DNA from: a virus
Taxonomy: Duplodnaviria > Caudoviricetes
Length of the DNA: 64,000 bases
Direction: 5' to 3' (one strand)
Virus record (IMG/VR): IMGVR_UViG_3300005201_000711
Span: 1,436-65,435 of that record
The stretch's first letter is position 1; each line of letters begins with the position of its first letter. The notes beneath the pieces are model-generated. The model saw only the letters and a program-made list of their open reading frames with translations. It was not told where the DNA came from and did no database searches. Position numbers and translations under genes: made by a program. Shown piece by piece: positions 18,417-28,150 of the stretch.

Positions 18417-19079
18417 TTACTCCGTACCCTCGCTTCTGGATCCGTCAAAGTCCGGAACTACGTCATCGTCAAGATTGATCAATTCATCTCCGTCCTCGGT
18501 AGTGTCGTCCTCTGTGTCCTCGTCCTCATCGTCAGTAACGTCCTCCTCATCCTTGAGGTCATCCGGCTCTACCTCGGTAGTGTCGGTGGTATCGTTCTTT
18601 TTTTTGACGCGGGGATCTGTTACGGTTCCAGTATCGTCTTCAGGAGTAATGTCGGTATCCTTGAGAGTGCCATCGGTATCCTCGTCCTTGAGGTCTTCCG
18701 GCTCTACCTTCATTTGCCGCATACGCTTTGCTACTACAAGTACCAACTCATCCGGCAGTTCCTGATTGAACCATTTCTGGAGTGTTTTCGGGTCCTGGCA
18801 TTCCTGGACGATTTTCCGTGCCGTAGCAACAGGAACATCTTTCAGGGACTTAGCCTTATTCACCCTGCCGCTTGCACCTTCCTTTACAGGAACAGTGAAC
18901 GGAACAATTTCTTTTCCCAGAAGATTTTTAATGTGCGGCTTAATAGCCTCCCATTCTTCTTCCTTCAGTTCATTTGTTCCGGGCCGAAGCAAAACGCTGT
19001 TGTTGTGAAAGGTCTTTCCCTTGGCGATTAAGGGAATGATCTTTGTATGCGGATACTTCGGATTATATTTTATGAACAT
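18417..19079 (-). CDS. Hypothetical protein with acidic low-complexity C-terminus
   Basis: Immediately after the major capsid gene; duplicated VEP.DLKDE motif. Confidence 0.6.
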   Translation of the reverse strand: MFIKYNPKYPHTKIIPLIAKGKTFHNNSVLLRPGTNELKEEEWEAIKPHIKNLLGKEIVPFTVPVKEGASGRVNKAKSLKDVPVATARKIVQECQDPKTLQKWFNQELPDELVLVVAKRMRQMKVEPEDLKDEDTDGTLKDTDITPEDDTGTVTDPRVKKKNDTTDTTEVEPDDLKDEEDVTDDEDEDTEDDTTEDGDELINLDDDVVPDFDGSRSEGTE

Positions 19080-19091
19080 ACTCCAGCCCCC

Positions 19092-20018
19092 TTATACGCC
19101 ATCCGCGAAGGCAAAGGCCATCGGGTAATAAATGAGTACACCTGCTGTCGATGACTGGCATGGAATGGTGTAAGTACCGCCCTTGTGTTCCGTGTCCAGT
19201 TGCTCAAAGTAGGAGGTGATCTGGTTCTCGATGTGATCGGAATCAATCTTACCGATAAAGACACGGTTAGAACCGCCAGGCCCAATCCCTGAAAGTTCAT
19301 TCAGCCAATCAATTCTTGTGAGTTGCGGAAAGTTCTCCCTAATGTATTTCAGGAGGGAAATCTCGGTACTGCCAAGACGCTTCGTTGTCAGATGTCCAAA
19401 AATATCAAGCGGAAGCAGGAGAGTATCAGAAACTTCATGGCCGTTGGTGGGGACAACTGTCGCATTCATGAGGATGGTAATATCACGCAGAATTTGATCA
19501 GCGTCCTTGTACAGCCACGATGTTGATCCACCCGTCCCATCCGCAGGGAGTGTCGCTTCGGTTATGCCGGGATAATCCAGCATTCCAAAGGTTCCGCATT
19601 CCGTGGAAGATTTCAGGGTAAGCTCATTGAGCTTGCGCTCGTTAGACCTTCTTGCGGCCAGAGCGCGGCGCTGGTCAAGATGCTTCCCTTCCCGGATAGA
19701 AGCGCGGATTTCGCGGATGGAATACCCGAAGCTGCTACCAATGTCATACACCTTCGCAGTGAATTCCTCACCGAATACATCAACGCGGGGATAGTCCTCT
19801 GCATAGTCGGCGATAATTTTGGATTCGCCAGCTTCAAAAAATCTGCGGAAGGTAATCTGGTTGATTCCCTGCGGCAGACCACGCGCCATCGGAACCAGCA
19901 AAAGCCCTTTCAGTTCCGGTGGCTTGGCATCGAAAGTCCTCGTCATTACAAACTCGGTCTCGCGAGCAAAGAAAGCGGATTCCGCTTTATCAAGTCTATT
20001 CTTCAGTTGTTTATCCAT
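19092..20018 (-). CDS. Major capsid protein (DUF2184/encapsulin-like HK97 fold)
   Basis: FFARE, D.PRVDV, GSSFGYS.REI, G.L.YPGI, G..IYYP.A motifs. Confidence 0.9.
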   Translation of the reverse strand: MDKQLKNRLDKAESAFFARETEFVMTRTFDAKPPELKGLLLVPMARGLPQGINQITFRRFFEAGESKIIADYAEDYPRVDVFGEEFTAKVYDIGSSFGYSIREIRASIREGKHLDQRRALAARRSNERKLNELTLKSSTECGTFGMLDYPGITEATLPADGTGGSTSWLYKDADQILRDITILMNATVVPTNGHEVSDTLLLPLDIFGHLTTKRLGSTEISLLKYIRENFPQLTRIDWLNELSGIGPGGSNRVFIGKIDSDHIENQITSYFEQLDTEHKGGTYTIPCQSSTAGVLIYYPMAFAFADGV

Positions 20019-20033
20019 TGCTTGTTCCCTCCC

Positions 20034-20768
20034 TTATTTCATTCCGCGCACTTCAATAAGTGCGAGGCCGTCTTGCTTATCGCTACGGAAATAACATCCG
20101 CAGTCATAATTGCTGCCGGAAATATCAGTGAACACGGCATTGGCAACATCAATGTATGCCGGTTCCTTATCCGCTGGGAAAGCGTCATCAGCAACAGGAA
20201 CATAAATGTCTCCCCAATCCCGGACATTGACCGAATCATTGATGTCGTAAAAGCCGGTTCCATTTCTGGTGGTGAGTTCCGTGTGTTCGGCTATACCAAT
20301 GAACTTGAGATTGGTGTCCGCTGCGGCAGAGAATGTTGCTTGGTCTTCGCCTCCGGTAACCACCGCGCTGGCGGTTATATCAATACCAGGGCCGACAACG
20401 GTAAAGGCATCCACGCCCTGTACCACAAATGCCGTGATACCCAGATCACTAAGCGCGGAGTTGATTCCAATCTGCTGAACGATTAGCGATATGGTGTTTG
20501 CAGAAGAAGTCGTGAATTGAACGGAAAAGGTAATTCCATTTACCGTAACCGTAACAACGTTTCCAGTTACAAGGGCCTCGGAAGCGGAAAGTGTAACTGC
20601 GTTGACGTGCGGCCTGTAGCAGCGAACGTTATCGCCAACCATACCGAACAAAGGATCTCCGGGGAAAATCTTCTCACCTGCGGTATAGGTTCTGGTTCTT
20701 CCGGTAAGGCCGTGGGTCTGCCCGGCAATAGCTCGCTGCGGGTTTCCGTATAAATCTCTATCACTCAT
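20034..20768 (-). CDS. Capsid decoration/cement protein
   Basis: Between scaffold/protease and capsid genes; V...G.IYV motif. Confidence 0.6.
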   Translation of the reverse strand: MSDRDLYGNPQRAIAGQTHGLTGRTRTYTAGEKIFPGDPLFGMVGDNVRCYRPHVNAVTLSASEALVTGNVVTVTVNGITFSVQFTTSSANTISLIVQQIGINSALSDLGITAFVVQGVDAFTVVGPGIDITASAVVTGGEDQATFSAAADTNLKFIGIAEHTELTTRNGTGFYDINDSVNVRDWGDIYVPVADDAFPADKEPAYIDVANAVFTDISGSNYDCGCYFRSDKQDGLALIEVRGMK

Positions 20769-20771
20769 CGC

Positions 20772-22079
20772 TTATACCCCCTCGTCATCTTTGACGTTAT
20801 TGGTCAGGTTCCACAGTTTATCCACCATGTCCTGATGAGCCGTGTCGGAATCGCGCCTGGCCTGGCCCTGATAGTTTTCCCCAGCCACTACGCGGCTTAC
20901 GCCATCAGTGTTTTTGTTCAAAATCTCCACGGTGGCATCGAACCGCGCAGAGATGTACGTCTCGTCCTTACCGTCAAACTTTGAATCCGGGAATACCGAA
21001 ACAATGATTGCCTTCTTGATGTCCAGATCAGACGCATCATTTTTGATTTCGATACCGGCTTTCTTAGCCGCATCGTGCAGTGCAACCTTTTCCGCAATAG
21101 CCGCGTCAAGGCGTTTCGGATCATTGAGGGCAGTCTGGGCTTCCTTCAATTCCTTTTCCGCTTTGTCTGCGCGAGCTTTTTCGGTATCGCGCTGGGCTTC
21201 CATAGTGGAAAGCGCGGCCTTGGAATCAGCCACTGCTTTTTCTGCCGCGTCTGCTTTTGCAGTGGCGGCATCCGCTTTTTCTTTCATGGACACGTATGCC
21301 TGAACGAATCCCTCCGGGGCATCATATCCTATGCCGTTATCAAGCCTATAATTCATAGTCGTTTCCTCCTGACTTTTGGCTTGGTGGTCTCCCCTGGTTA
21401 CCCCAGAGGGCATATTTACAAGAACAGCGTCTCCACTGTCCAAGTGAATACTGAAATTGTTTTTTTCCGGCTGTTTCTCGTTGCTGTCTAACCGGATCCT
21501 CGCAGCGTCTCCGGCTCGTGCGCCGTCAACGAGAGCGCAGTGGTTATAGCGGATTTTTCGCTGTATAGCGTCATAAGCCATGCCGCACCACACGCCAGTA
21601 GCGGATTCAACTTCACAGGCATAGCCCATTGAGAGAGCGTATTTTCCACGCTCCTCGATTTCTTTTATGGCCGCTGCGTCCGTGATAGTTAGGTCAATGG
21701 AGACATGGAAGCCATCGCTACCGCTTTCCCCGCGTTCCATTTGTTCGGGGAACTTGAGACCGTAGTTATCTACCCACTCCGAGGGATTATTCCCCAGACT
21801 TCCTATCTGGAGAGCCTTAGCGTTGTCAGGGGTAACTTTTTCGTCAGGGTGATCATTAGTCATTGGCTTGAGTTTCATTGAATCCAAGCTGTCCCTTGAA
21901 AATACTTCTTGCGGCAAGCGCAGTTCTCGGCTTATGCTGCCATCAAGATTTCGGTAGGTGAAAACCCCAACGCTGGTAACAATAGCTCTGCCGGTAAGAA
22001 AGCCCTCCGGTGTCTTTGAGAAGGGAGTAGTCATCCATTTTCCGGGGTCAAGGGAATCATACCGTTTCACCACTGCCAT
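20772..22079 (-). CDS. Head maturation protease/scaffold (DUF2213)
   Basis: TPEGFL, T.VGVF.Y, T.DHP, LS.GY, QR.IRYNH.ALV..ARAG..ARIRLD; coiled-coil tail; start 22079 after AGGAG. Confidence 0.9.
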   Translation of the reverse strand: MAVVKRYDSLDPGKWMTTPFSKTPEGFLTGRAIVTSVGVFTYRNLDGSISRELRLPQEVFSRDSLDSMKLKPMTNDHPDEKVTPDNAKALQIGSLGNNPSEWVDNYGLKFPEQMERGESGSDGFHVSIDLTITDAAAIKEIEERGKYALSMGYACEVESATGVWCGMAYDAIQRKIRYNHCALVDGARAGDAARIRLDSNEKQPEKNNFSIHLDSGDAVLVNMPSGVTRGDHQAKSQEETTMNYRLDNGIGYDAPEGFVQAYVSMKEKADAATAKADAAEKAVADSKAALSTMEAQRDTEKARADKAEKELKEAQTALNDPKRLDAAIAEKVALHDAAKKAGIEIKNDASDLDIKKAIIVSVFPDSKFDGKDETYISARFDATVEILNKNTDGVSRVVAGENYQGQARRDSDTAHQDMVDKLWNLTNNVKDDEGV

Positions 22080-22095
22080 AAAATCTCCTGGGTAC

Positions 22096-22180
22096 AAAAA
22101 AGCCCCCCGGAGCAGGGCAGGGGTTTCCTGTCTTGTTCCGGGGGGCTTCCGTATTTCGGCCAGCCAGCCGTACTATTCAA
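22096..22180 (-). ncRNA. Leader RNA B with intrinsic terminator upstream of capsid operon
   Basis: 12-bp perfect stem 22100-22111/22137-22148 followed by U6; shares a 23-nt motif with leader A. Confidence 0.6.
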
Positions 22181-22185
22181 GTCAA

Positions 22186-22213
22186 ATTATATCTCAAATG
22201 AGAAATATGTCAA
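22186..22213 (-). promoter_or_regulatory. Sigma70 promoter for head operon containing an operator
   Basis: TTGACA-N16-TATAAT; spacer holds TCTCAAATGAGA (22192-22203), identical to the operator at 60783. Confidence 0.75.
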
Positions 22214-22231
22214 CCAGTTTTCTCATTTTTC

Positions 22232-22456
22232 CTAGTATTTTCCTGATTTTTCCCTGTTTTGGGCTTCCCCCAGGGTGGGATCTGCCTCTTGGCCGTGAAA
22301 TTTCCGGTTATCGAACCGGTAATTCTTCTCTCCTGTTATCTGGACAGTGTTTGAGGGCTGCCCTGTAAAGGAGACCGTAACGCGCCCGTACTCGCCGGGT
22401 TTAATCTCGCCGCATAGACGCTGAAAAATAGCGCCCTGTTCTGCCGTCAATTCCAT
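22232..22456 (-). CDS. Small hypothetical protein
   Basis: 74-aa ORF with SD GGAGG. Confidence 0.5.
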   Translation of the reverse strand: MELTAEQGAIFQRLCGEIKPGEYGRVTVSFTGQPSNTVQITGEKNYRFDNRKFHGQEADPTLGEAQNREKSGKY

Positions 22457-22506
22457 GTAAAATATCCTCCCAAATATCTACAGGCGGGTCTCCGGCAAGA
22501 CACGCT

Positions 22507-23481
22507 CTAGTAATTGCGTTTGTTAAAAACTTTACCAGCAAGGTCTGAAATAGCTTCATGTCTTGCTAATCCCTCAATCCATTTCTGCGGTATCCCATTA
22601 TCACTGAATCCATAATAAGCACCAGAAAGGCCGCCTGTTACCGCTGCGGTAGTATCGGTATCATTGCCTAAATTAACTGCCTTCAATACTGCGTCACGGT
22701 AATTATCTGTTGTGAGAAAGCACCATATTGAAGCCTTGAGGGTATCGACAACAAAACCGCCGCTTTTAATATCGCCCTCATCGCAAAGCTGCCATTTATT
22801 ACCTGGGAAAATAAGCGGCATAAAATAGTCAGAAATATCATTGCTATAATATTTATTTAATTTGCCTCGCGTAAGAGCATCTGTTGCTTCTCTTTGTGTA
22901 GCTTCAAAGGCCATGAATTTATCGCCGCCACTAAGTAATTTGATGAGATACTCAACATAGATAATACAGGAAATAATTGAGATCGGATGTGCGTGGGTTA
23001 TAGCCGAAAACCAGCTAGTAATTTCATACCGCTTATCCTGTGGCTCATTTACAATAGAAAAAGCAAGCGGAGCAATTCGCATAAGAGAACCATTTCCGTT
23101 TTCGTCTATACCGTTACAACCAGATTCAAACGGAGATGTACCATCCAATAATCTTTTTATTGCCCGTAATGTAGAAATACCGATATCAAATACTTCACCC
23201 AGCGCTGTTAGATCACCATGCTCATACCAGCGGCAGAAATTTTTAGCAGTACTTTCAAGTATAGTTGTAAATCTGTCAGTGCTTGCCATTGCGTCAGCAA
23301 GGCAAAGAGTTAATGAAGTATCGTCAGACCATGTTCCAGGCGGCTGGTTATGTGTTCCGTGCCCAATCATGTCGTTAATTTTGAATGAACCACGAGGCTT
23401 GAACTCTACAGGAACGCCTAAAGCATCACCAACTGCCACGCCGAGAAGAACAGATTCAATTTTTGTTTTATAGGTTTTCAC
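22507..23481 (-). CDS. ADP-ribosylglycohydrolase (DraG/ARH family)
   Basis: G.AVGDALG, WSDDT, GNGSLMRIAP, THAH, G.DTDT.AA..GGL motifs. Confidence 0.92.
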   Translation of the reverse strand: MKTYKTKIESVLLGVAVGDALGVPVEFKPRGSFKINDMIGHGTHNQPPGTWSDDTSLTLCLADAMASTDRFTTILESTAKNFCRWYEHGDLTALGEVFDIGISTLRAIKRLLDGTSPFESGCNGIDENGNGSLMRIAPLAFSIVNEPQDKRYEITSWFSAITHAHPISIISCIIYVEYLIKLLSGGDKFMAFEATQREATDALTRGKLNKYYSNDISDYFMPLIFPGNKWQLCDEGDIKSGGFVVDTLKASIWCFLTTDNYRDAVLKAVNLGNDTDTTAAVTGGLSGAYYGFSDNGIPQKWIEGLARHEAISDLAGKVFNKRNY

Positions 23482-23711
23482 TATTTCTCCTTCTCGTGGT
23501 ATTCACATTCCGCTCCTTCAAAGAGCACCTCACGAGGTTTAATATCGGGATAGACAAATATCTCACAGCTTGCTTTTATTGGATCATCTGCCCAAGGAGA
23601 TTCACCATGAGAAAAAATACAAGTTTTACAGGCTTTGGGATTTGGCTGTTGCGCTCGCCATTCCTCACTTTCCCAGCGTGGCCTCTTTTCTTCATCTGCC
23701 ATACCAATCAT
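23481..23711 (-). CDS. Small Cys/His-rich protein between ART toxin and ARH
   Basis: CKTC...C...CEYH; translationally coupled to ARH. Confidence 0.6.
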   Translation of the reverse strand: MIGMADEEKRPRWESEEWRAQQPNPKACKTCIFSHGESPWADDPIKASCEIFVYPDIKPREVLFEGAECEYHEKEK

Positions 23712-23714
23712 CTC

Positions 23715-25976
23715 CTAAATCTGATCAATAACCTCAATATCAAAAAATACAACAGGGCCTTTCTTCTCAACCTTTGTTATACGAAAAGTTGTGCCTCGCT
23801 GGATGATAGTTTCATCTTCCATGCTAAATGTTTTTTGTCCTGTTTTTCCATCCCAGCTACTGCTTCTAGCACCATGACCATACGCACTAAATGGCTCTGC
23901 ATACATCATTTTTGTTCCCTCTGGACAGTAGATATTAAAGATATATCCACTAAACCCTGAACCCTTTGAACTTCCGCAGGAAACAAATCCTTGATCAATA
24001 ACTGGCTTTCCTACCAAACTCTGCAATTGTTCATGAGACCAGTACCACAGGTCATGCTCGCTTATTCCTAAGAACGCTGACGCTCCAGATGCCTGTTCAA
24101 TACCGCGCTGCAACCATACATCAAAATCATACTTTGAGCGGTTGATTACATTGGTCATATTCCTAATTGCATCTCCCCTGTCTTCATTATTCAGGGGAAC
24201 TTTGCCAACACCCTTGAAGTTTTTATTTTGGTCTATACCACGCAGTGGACGATTAAATCCACCAGGGCCTGCCGTGTACGCATATAACGCATCACGCTCG
24301 GCCTTTGTAGCCCCCCGCCATACCTCACCGCATACGTTCCGGAGCTTTTTGTCTGCGGCTCCTGGTGTTTTAGCCCATAGAGCCGCATTCTTTCTTTCCG
24401 GCGTGTATGCGTTACCAGTACCAGTATCAAGTATAGCTCTTTTTCCAAGGGATGTCAACCGGCTTTTATTACCATTGATTGACGCTAAAATACCGGCATA
24501 TCTTTTTCCCTCAAGCTCAAAATCCTTTAGGTCTTGTAAGTAAGTATTGAGCCTTGCCCTTTCAACTGCGGAAAGGCCGGTATCCTTGAGCCTCATCTCG
24601 TAATAGGCTCTTTTCTCTGCAATAGCTTCTGCCTTTGCCTCGTAGTCTTTGATTGTTACATCATCTTTCCATATCCCGCTGTAAGTCTTTATTTCAAAGC
24701 TGTCTAATTCCTTTTCAAGAGTTTTTAGTTCCTTTGTGAGCTTTTTCCTCTCGGCCCTGATTTTGCGCTTTTCTATTTCAGCTTCAATAGCTTCTTTTTT
24801 TGCTTTTAATTCCTGATATGCTTTTTTATCTGCTTCTCCTGTTTTCCCTTCAAGGGCTTTCATTTGCTTATTCAAATCAGATATTTCAGACTTAAGAATT
24901 TTCTGTGTAATAAACTTTTTCGATTCAGGTTCAGGAGGAACCGGAGGCGCTGGTTTTGGCATTGCCGCAATATTTTGTGCAGCTATCGCGTCCAGTTCTT
25001 CATACTGCGCTATCATAGTGTCCGCTTCATTGACAAGCTCCTGCCAATACGCTATAGCTGTACAACGGCATTGATAATCATCCCCAGGGTGTAGCAATAC
25101 TGCGCCAGACGGTCTATTTATCCATGTCTTGCCTCCGTCCTCTGAATAAACCGTGGAATCATCCCAGCGGCATAGGCCGCCATCTATCAATACGTGTGAT
25201 TCGCGGACGCGCTCATCCCCGCTGGTCTCCCATATATACATCTCAAGCCCAATGCTCTCCATGCGGGTCTGTGTGATTTGACCGTTAAGCCTCCCTATTT
25301 GATCTCTTGCGATAAAGTTTGCGCGGCCTTTGCTCATCTTATCATCTAACACCTGTATTTGTTTCGATAATTCCCTTACTGTTTTTCCTGAAGTAATAGC
25401 GCGTTCTACTAATTGATTTATATCACGGACATATTTCCGTAGATCTCCGGTAATGGTCTGATAATTAAACTGTGCCCAGTTCTCTCTTGCCTGCGGCCAC
25501 CATAATTCACCAACAGGGAACTCCACGCCGAGAACAGATTTTGCTCCTTTCTCGAATTGGCCTTCATTGAAATCAAACACATTATCTGCAATTTTTCCCA
25601 GCCCCATGTAGATAGGGGATCCACTTACGCTTTCGTTATCTTCTGGCACGTACTGACCTATCCATCCATCGAGAGAATCAATCATCACCTTAAAAGAGTG
25701 TCCAGGAACCGCGTCAAGCCGCGTAACTGAAACGTCATCGGCCCGGTACTCGGAATCGCCGTGCAGGATAGCTTCTTGATTTTCCTTTAGGTAGGTATGG
25801 ACATAATCTTTCATAGGCCGAAACCATGCGCGGATACTCGCGGCATATCGCGCCTCGGTTGCAACAGGGTAAAGCCACCGCTGCGGTTTCACGCCTCTTT
25901 TCCGCTGTGCGTTGCTCATTTTTTTTCGGTTAGATTTTATGAGATTTACCAGCGCGGCGCGGATACTATCATTCAC
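23715..25976 (-). CDS. Minor head protein MuF/SPP1 gp7 fused to a C-terminal ADP-ribosyltransferase domain
   Basis: RA.FIARDQIG.LNG, Y.W.T.GDERVR.SH, PG.DYQCRC.A (MuF); coiled linker; Y.YT..NR.LRG, QRG, FVSC.S, EDE (R-S-E ART). Confidence 0.88.
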   Translation of the reverse strand: MNDSIRAALVNLIKSNRKKMSNAQRKRGVKPQRWLYPVATEARYAASIRAWFRPMKDYVHTYLKENQEAILHGDSEYRADDVSVTRLDAVPGHSFKVMIDSLDGWIGQYVPEDNESVSGSPIYMGLGKIADNVFDFNEGQFEKGAKSVLGVEFPVGELWWPQARENWAQFNYQTITGDLRKYVRDINQLVERAITSGKTVRELSKQIQVLDDKMSKGRANFIARDQIGRLNGQITQTRMESIGLEMYIWETSGDERVRESHVLIDGGLCRWDDSTVYSEDGGKTWINRPSGAVLLHPGDDYQCRCTAIAYWQELVNEADTMIAQYEELDAIAAQNIAAMPKPAPPVPPEPESKKFITQKILKSEISDLNKQMKALEGKTGEADKKAYQELKAKKEAIEAEIEKRKIRAERKKLTKELKTLEKELDSFEIKTYSGIWKDDVTIKDYEAKAEAIAEKRAYYEMRLKDTGLSAVERARLNTYLQDLKDFELEGKRYAGILASINGNKSRLTSLGKRAILDTGTGNAYTPERKNAALWAKTPGAADKKLRNVCGEVWRGATKAERDALYAYTAGPGGFNRPLRGIDQNKNFKGVGKVPLNNEDRGDAIRNMTNVINRSKYDFDVWLQRGIEQASGASAFLGISEHDLWYWSHEQLQSLVGKPVIDQGFVSCGSSKGSGFSGYIFNIYCPEGTKMMYAEPFSAYGHGARSSSWDGKTGQKTFSMEDETIIQRGTTFRITKVEKKGPVVFFDIEVIDQI

Positions 25977-25978
25977 GA

Positions 25979-27445
25979 TTATTTGCCGTCCTCGTCCTCG
26001 TCATCTTCTGGTTCCTGGTTTTCTTCCGGTTCTTCTTCCTCTGGCTTTTCTTCCTTCGCTGGATCTTCGGACACGGTTTCAACTGCCGGAAGCTCGTAAC
26101 CCTCTGGGACAGGAATATCGTCAAGCGTATTCCCGAACTTGAGGAAGCGTACCTCGTGCGGGTGAAGAACACCCATATCAATGTATGTCTTGTACGTGTC
26201 GGCCTCGATCTTGTCCTTATCAACGTTCACTTTTTCCAGTTCTGCTTTTTCTTTTTCGTTCATGGTTTCAAGCGGCAGGAACTTAATATAAGGTTCTTCA
26301 ATGCCTTTCCACTGACTAATAATACGCACTATCCGCAGTATCATCGGCAACGCTTCCGTGGTCTGCGCAGAGCGTACACTGTCATAGTAATTACGCATAT
26401 CACTCTCGCCTGTAGCGTTCATGCCTCCGGGGGACACGCCGAATAAGCGCGTTATCGGATACCCTGTATCTGCAGCCAGCAACATGAAAATGATATAAAG
26501 TATTTCAGGTATGCCGGTGAAGTTTACGACATCGCGAGCAAAGTCCTCCTCTGAATCAAAGAATTGGGAACGGAAAGCGGAGCGCGTTAAGTCCATGATC
26601 TCAACGCGCCGCATAATAGCAGCTTTACCTTCGGGAGCAGACAACAGCATTGCAAGGTCTTTGAACTTATACTTTCCAACACCCATTTCTTCAAGAAGCT
26701 GGTCTATGCTTCCGAGTGATGATCCCAGCGTTTTCATTCGATCATCAGCGCGTTGCAGAACTGATATTCCCCAGAAGCGTTGTTCCTGGGATAGTGCGGT
26801 CTCGGTGGATCTCGGCAGCGTATCTCCGTGTAATTCAATAATCCGCGAATAATGCACCATCTGGGTAGCGGCCAGATTTTGACCTATGCCAAACCTTACA
26901 GGGTAGAGTACCGGTAATCCATATCTGGGCTGCGTTGGATCATTTTGCCATTGTATATTTGTGAAATCAATTTCTGTTCTGTCAAGGACTTTGAGTTTTT
27001 CAAATGCGCTGATTCTTTTTGGGTTCAGGGGTTGCGTCATTTCCATGCCGTCAATAACCGAGATGAGAATAGCGGAACCACCCTTGAGCCGGTTCCAGTA
27101 CGCGGCTTCTTTCATTTTGGTAGGAGCAGCAATCTCCTCAAATACAGCGGAATAGACTTCGCCGTATTCAGCGGCCTTGAGTTTATCTATGTCCGGGAAC
27201 TCGTACTCCCAGCCCTCGCGGTACATATCATCGGGCAGCAGCTTGACGACACGCGCCGCGAGACCGTCCTCCGCATACATGGAATCCAGTTCGGTATCAG
27301 ATAAGAGGCCGCTGAATACGTGCTGGGTATGCCGCTTCTTTGATGTCCGCGCTGAATTCAAGCCGGTAATGAGATTGCTCCAGCCGTCTTTTATCAGTTG
27401 CCTAAAATTCTTTGGGTTGATTGCGCCGGGTTTTGTCTTCTCCAT
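25979..27445 (-). CDS. Portal protein (DUF1073-like)
   Basis: A.R.V....DDM.REGWE, G.S.LQ, A.GYP.TRLFG.SP.G.NATGESD.RNYYD motifs. Confidence 0.9.
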   Translation of the reverse strand: MEKTKPGAINPKNFRQLIKDGWSNLITGLNSARTSKKRHTQHVFSGLLSDTELDSMYAEDGLAARVVKLLPDDMYREGWEYEFPDIDKLKAAEYGEVYSAVFEEIAAPTKMKEAAYWNRLKGGSAILISVIDGMEMTQPLNPKRISAFEKLKVLDRTEIDFTNIQWQNDPTQPRYGLPVLYPVRFGIGQNLAATQMVHYSRIIELHGDTLPRSTETALSQEQRFWGISVLQRADDRMKTLGSSLGSIDQLLEEMGVGKYKFKDLAMLLSAPEGKAAIMRRVEIMDLTRSAFRSQFFDSEEDFARDVVNFTGIPEILYIIFMLLAADTGYPITRLFGVSPGGMNATGESDMRNYYDSVRSAQTTEALPMILRIVRIISQWKGIEEPYIKFLPLETMNEKEKAELEKVNVDKDKIEADTYKTYIDMGVLHPHEVRFLKFGNTLDDIPVPEGYELPAVETVSEDPAKEEKPEEEEPEENQEPEDDEDEDGK

Positions 27446-27510
27446 ATCTCCCCTCCTGGGATATATTTTGTTTTACCGAACCCGGCAGTACGGCAAAACT
27501 AAAAAAATAG

Positions 27511-27867
27511 CTAATAATAATCGAAATGCATATCCTTGAATATTTGAAAGTAAGGTTTCTCCGGCTCCGGTTCTAAAAAGAGATTTCCTTTATGTTCATA
27601 GCGTTTTAAGAAAGAAATAAAATCTTCCTCTGCGGATTTTAATAAATCATTGCTTAATACTTCACCGATCCACTTTTGACGCACCCTTTCTAAGTCTTCT
27701 GCGGCCTCAACCGGCAAATAAATGTCTCTGTTAACAGCCAGCTTTGGAAACCGTGGAGTATCTATCTTTCTTAGTGTGATTTTAACACATCTATCATTGA
27801 CAAATTCTGCGGCCTCATCTTCGAGAACATAAGGTCTCATCTTTACTTGAATTGAATCAACTAACAT
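27511..27867 (-). CDS. Hypothetical protein
   Basis: ORF between terminase and portal. Confidence 0.5.
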   Translation of the reverse strand: MLVDSIQVKMRPYVLEDEAAEFVNDRCVKITLRKIDTPRFPKLAVNRDIYLPVEAAEDLERVRQKWIGEVLSNDLLKSAEEDFISFLKRYEHKGNLFLEPEPEKPYFQIFKDMHFDYY

Positions 27868-28148
27868 AAATACTCTCCTTGAAAAAGATTATTGTCATAC
27901 CGAGAGAATGCGCCAACAGCGCAACTATCTATCTCATCGTCATGCAAAAACGGTGACTTTTCCAAGTCCTTACCCCTAATTCCCAGCATATCAATTACAG
28001 AGGTTGCAACAATGGAATTGGGAAACATATTGTCTCTTGCTGATATGAATGTACGCTTGCCCTGCTTTTGTGTTTTTCCTGCCCGATATGGGTAACTTAT
28101 AATCTTGGTCATGCTTTTTATCATATCACTATTTTCCCTCCCTGTCAA
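27861..28148 (-). CDS. Hypothetical protein
   Basis: ORF between terminase and portal. Confidence 0.4.
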   Translation of the reverse strand: MTGRENSDMIKSMTKIISYPYRAGKTQKQGKRTFISARDNMFPNSIVATSVIDMLGIRGKDLEKSPFLHDDEIDSCAVGAFSRYDNNLFQGEYLC

Positions 28149-28150
28149 CT

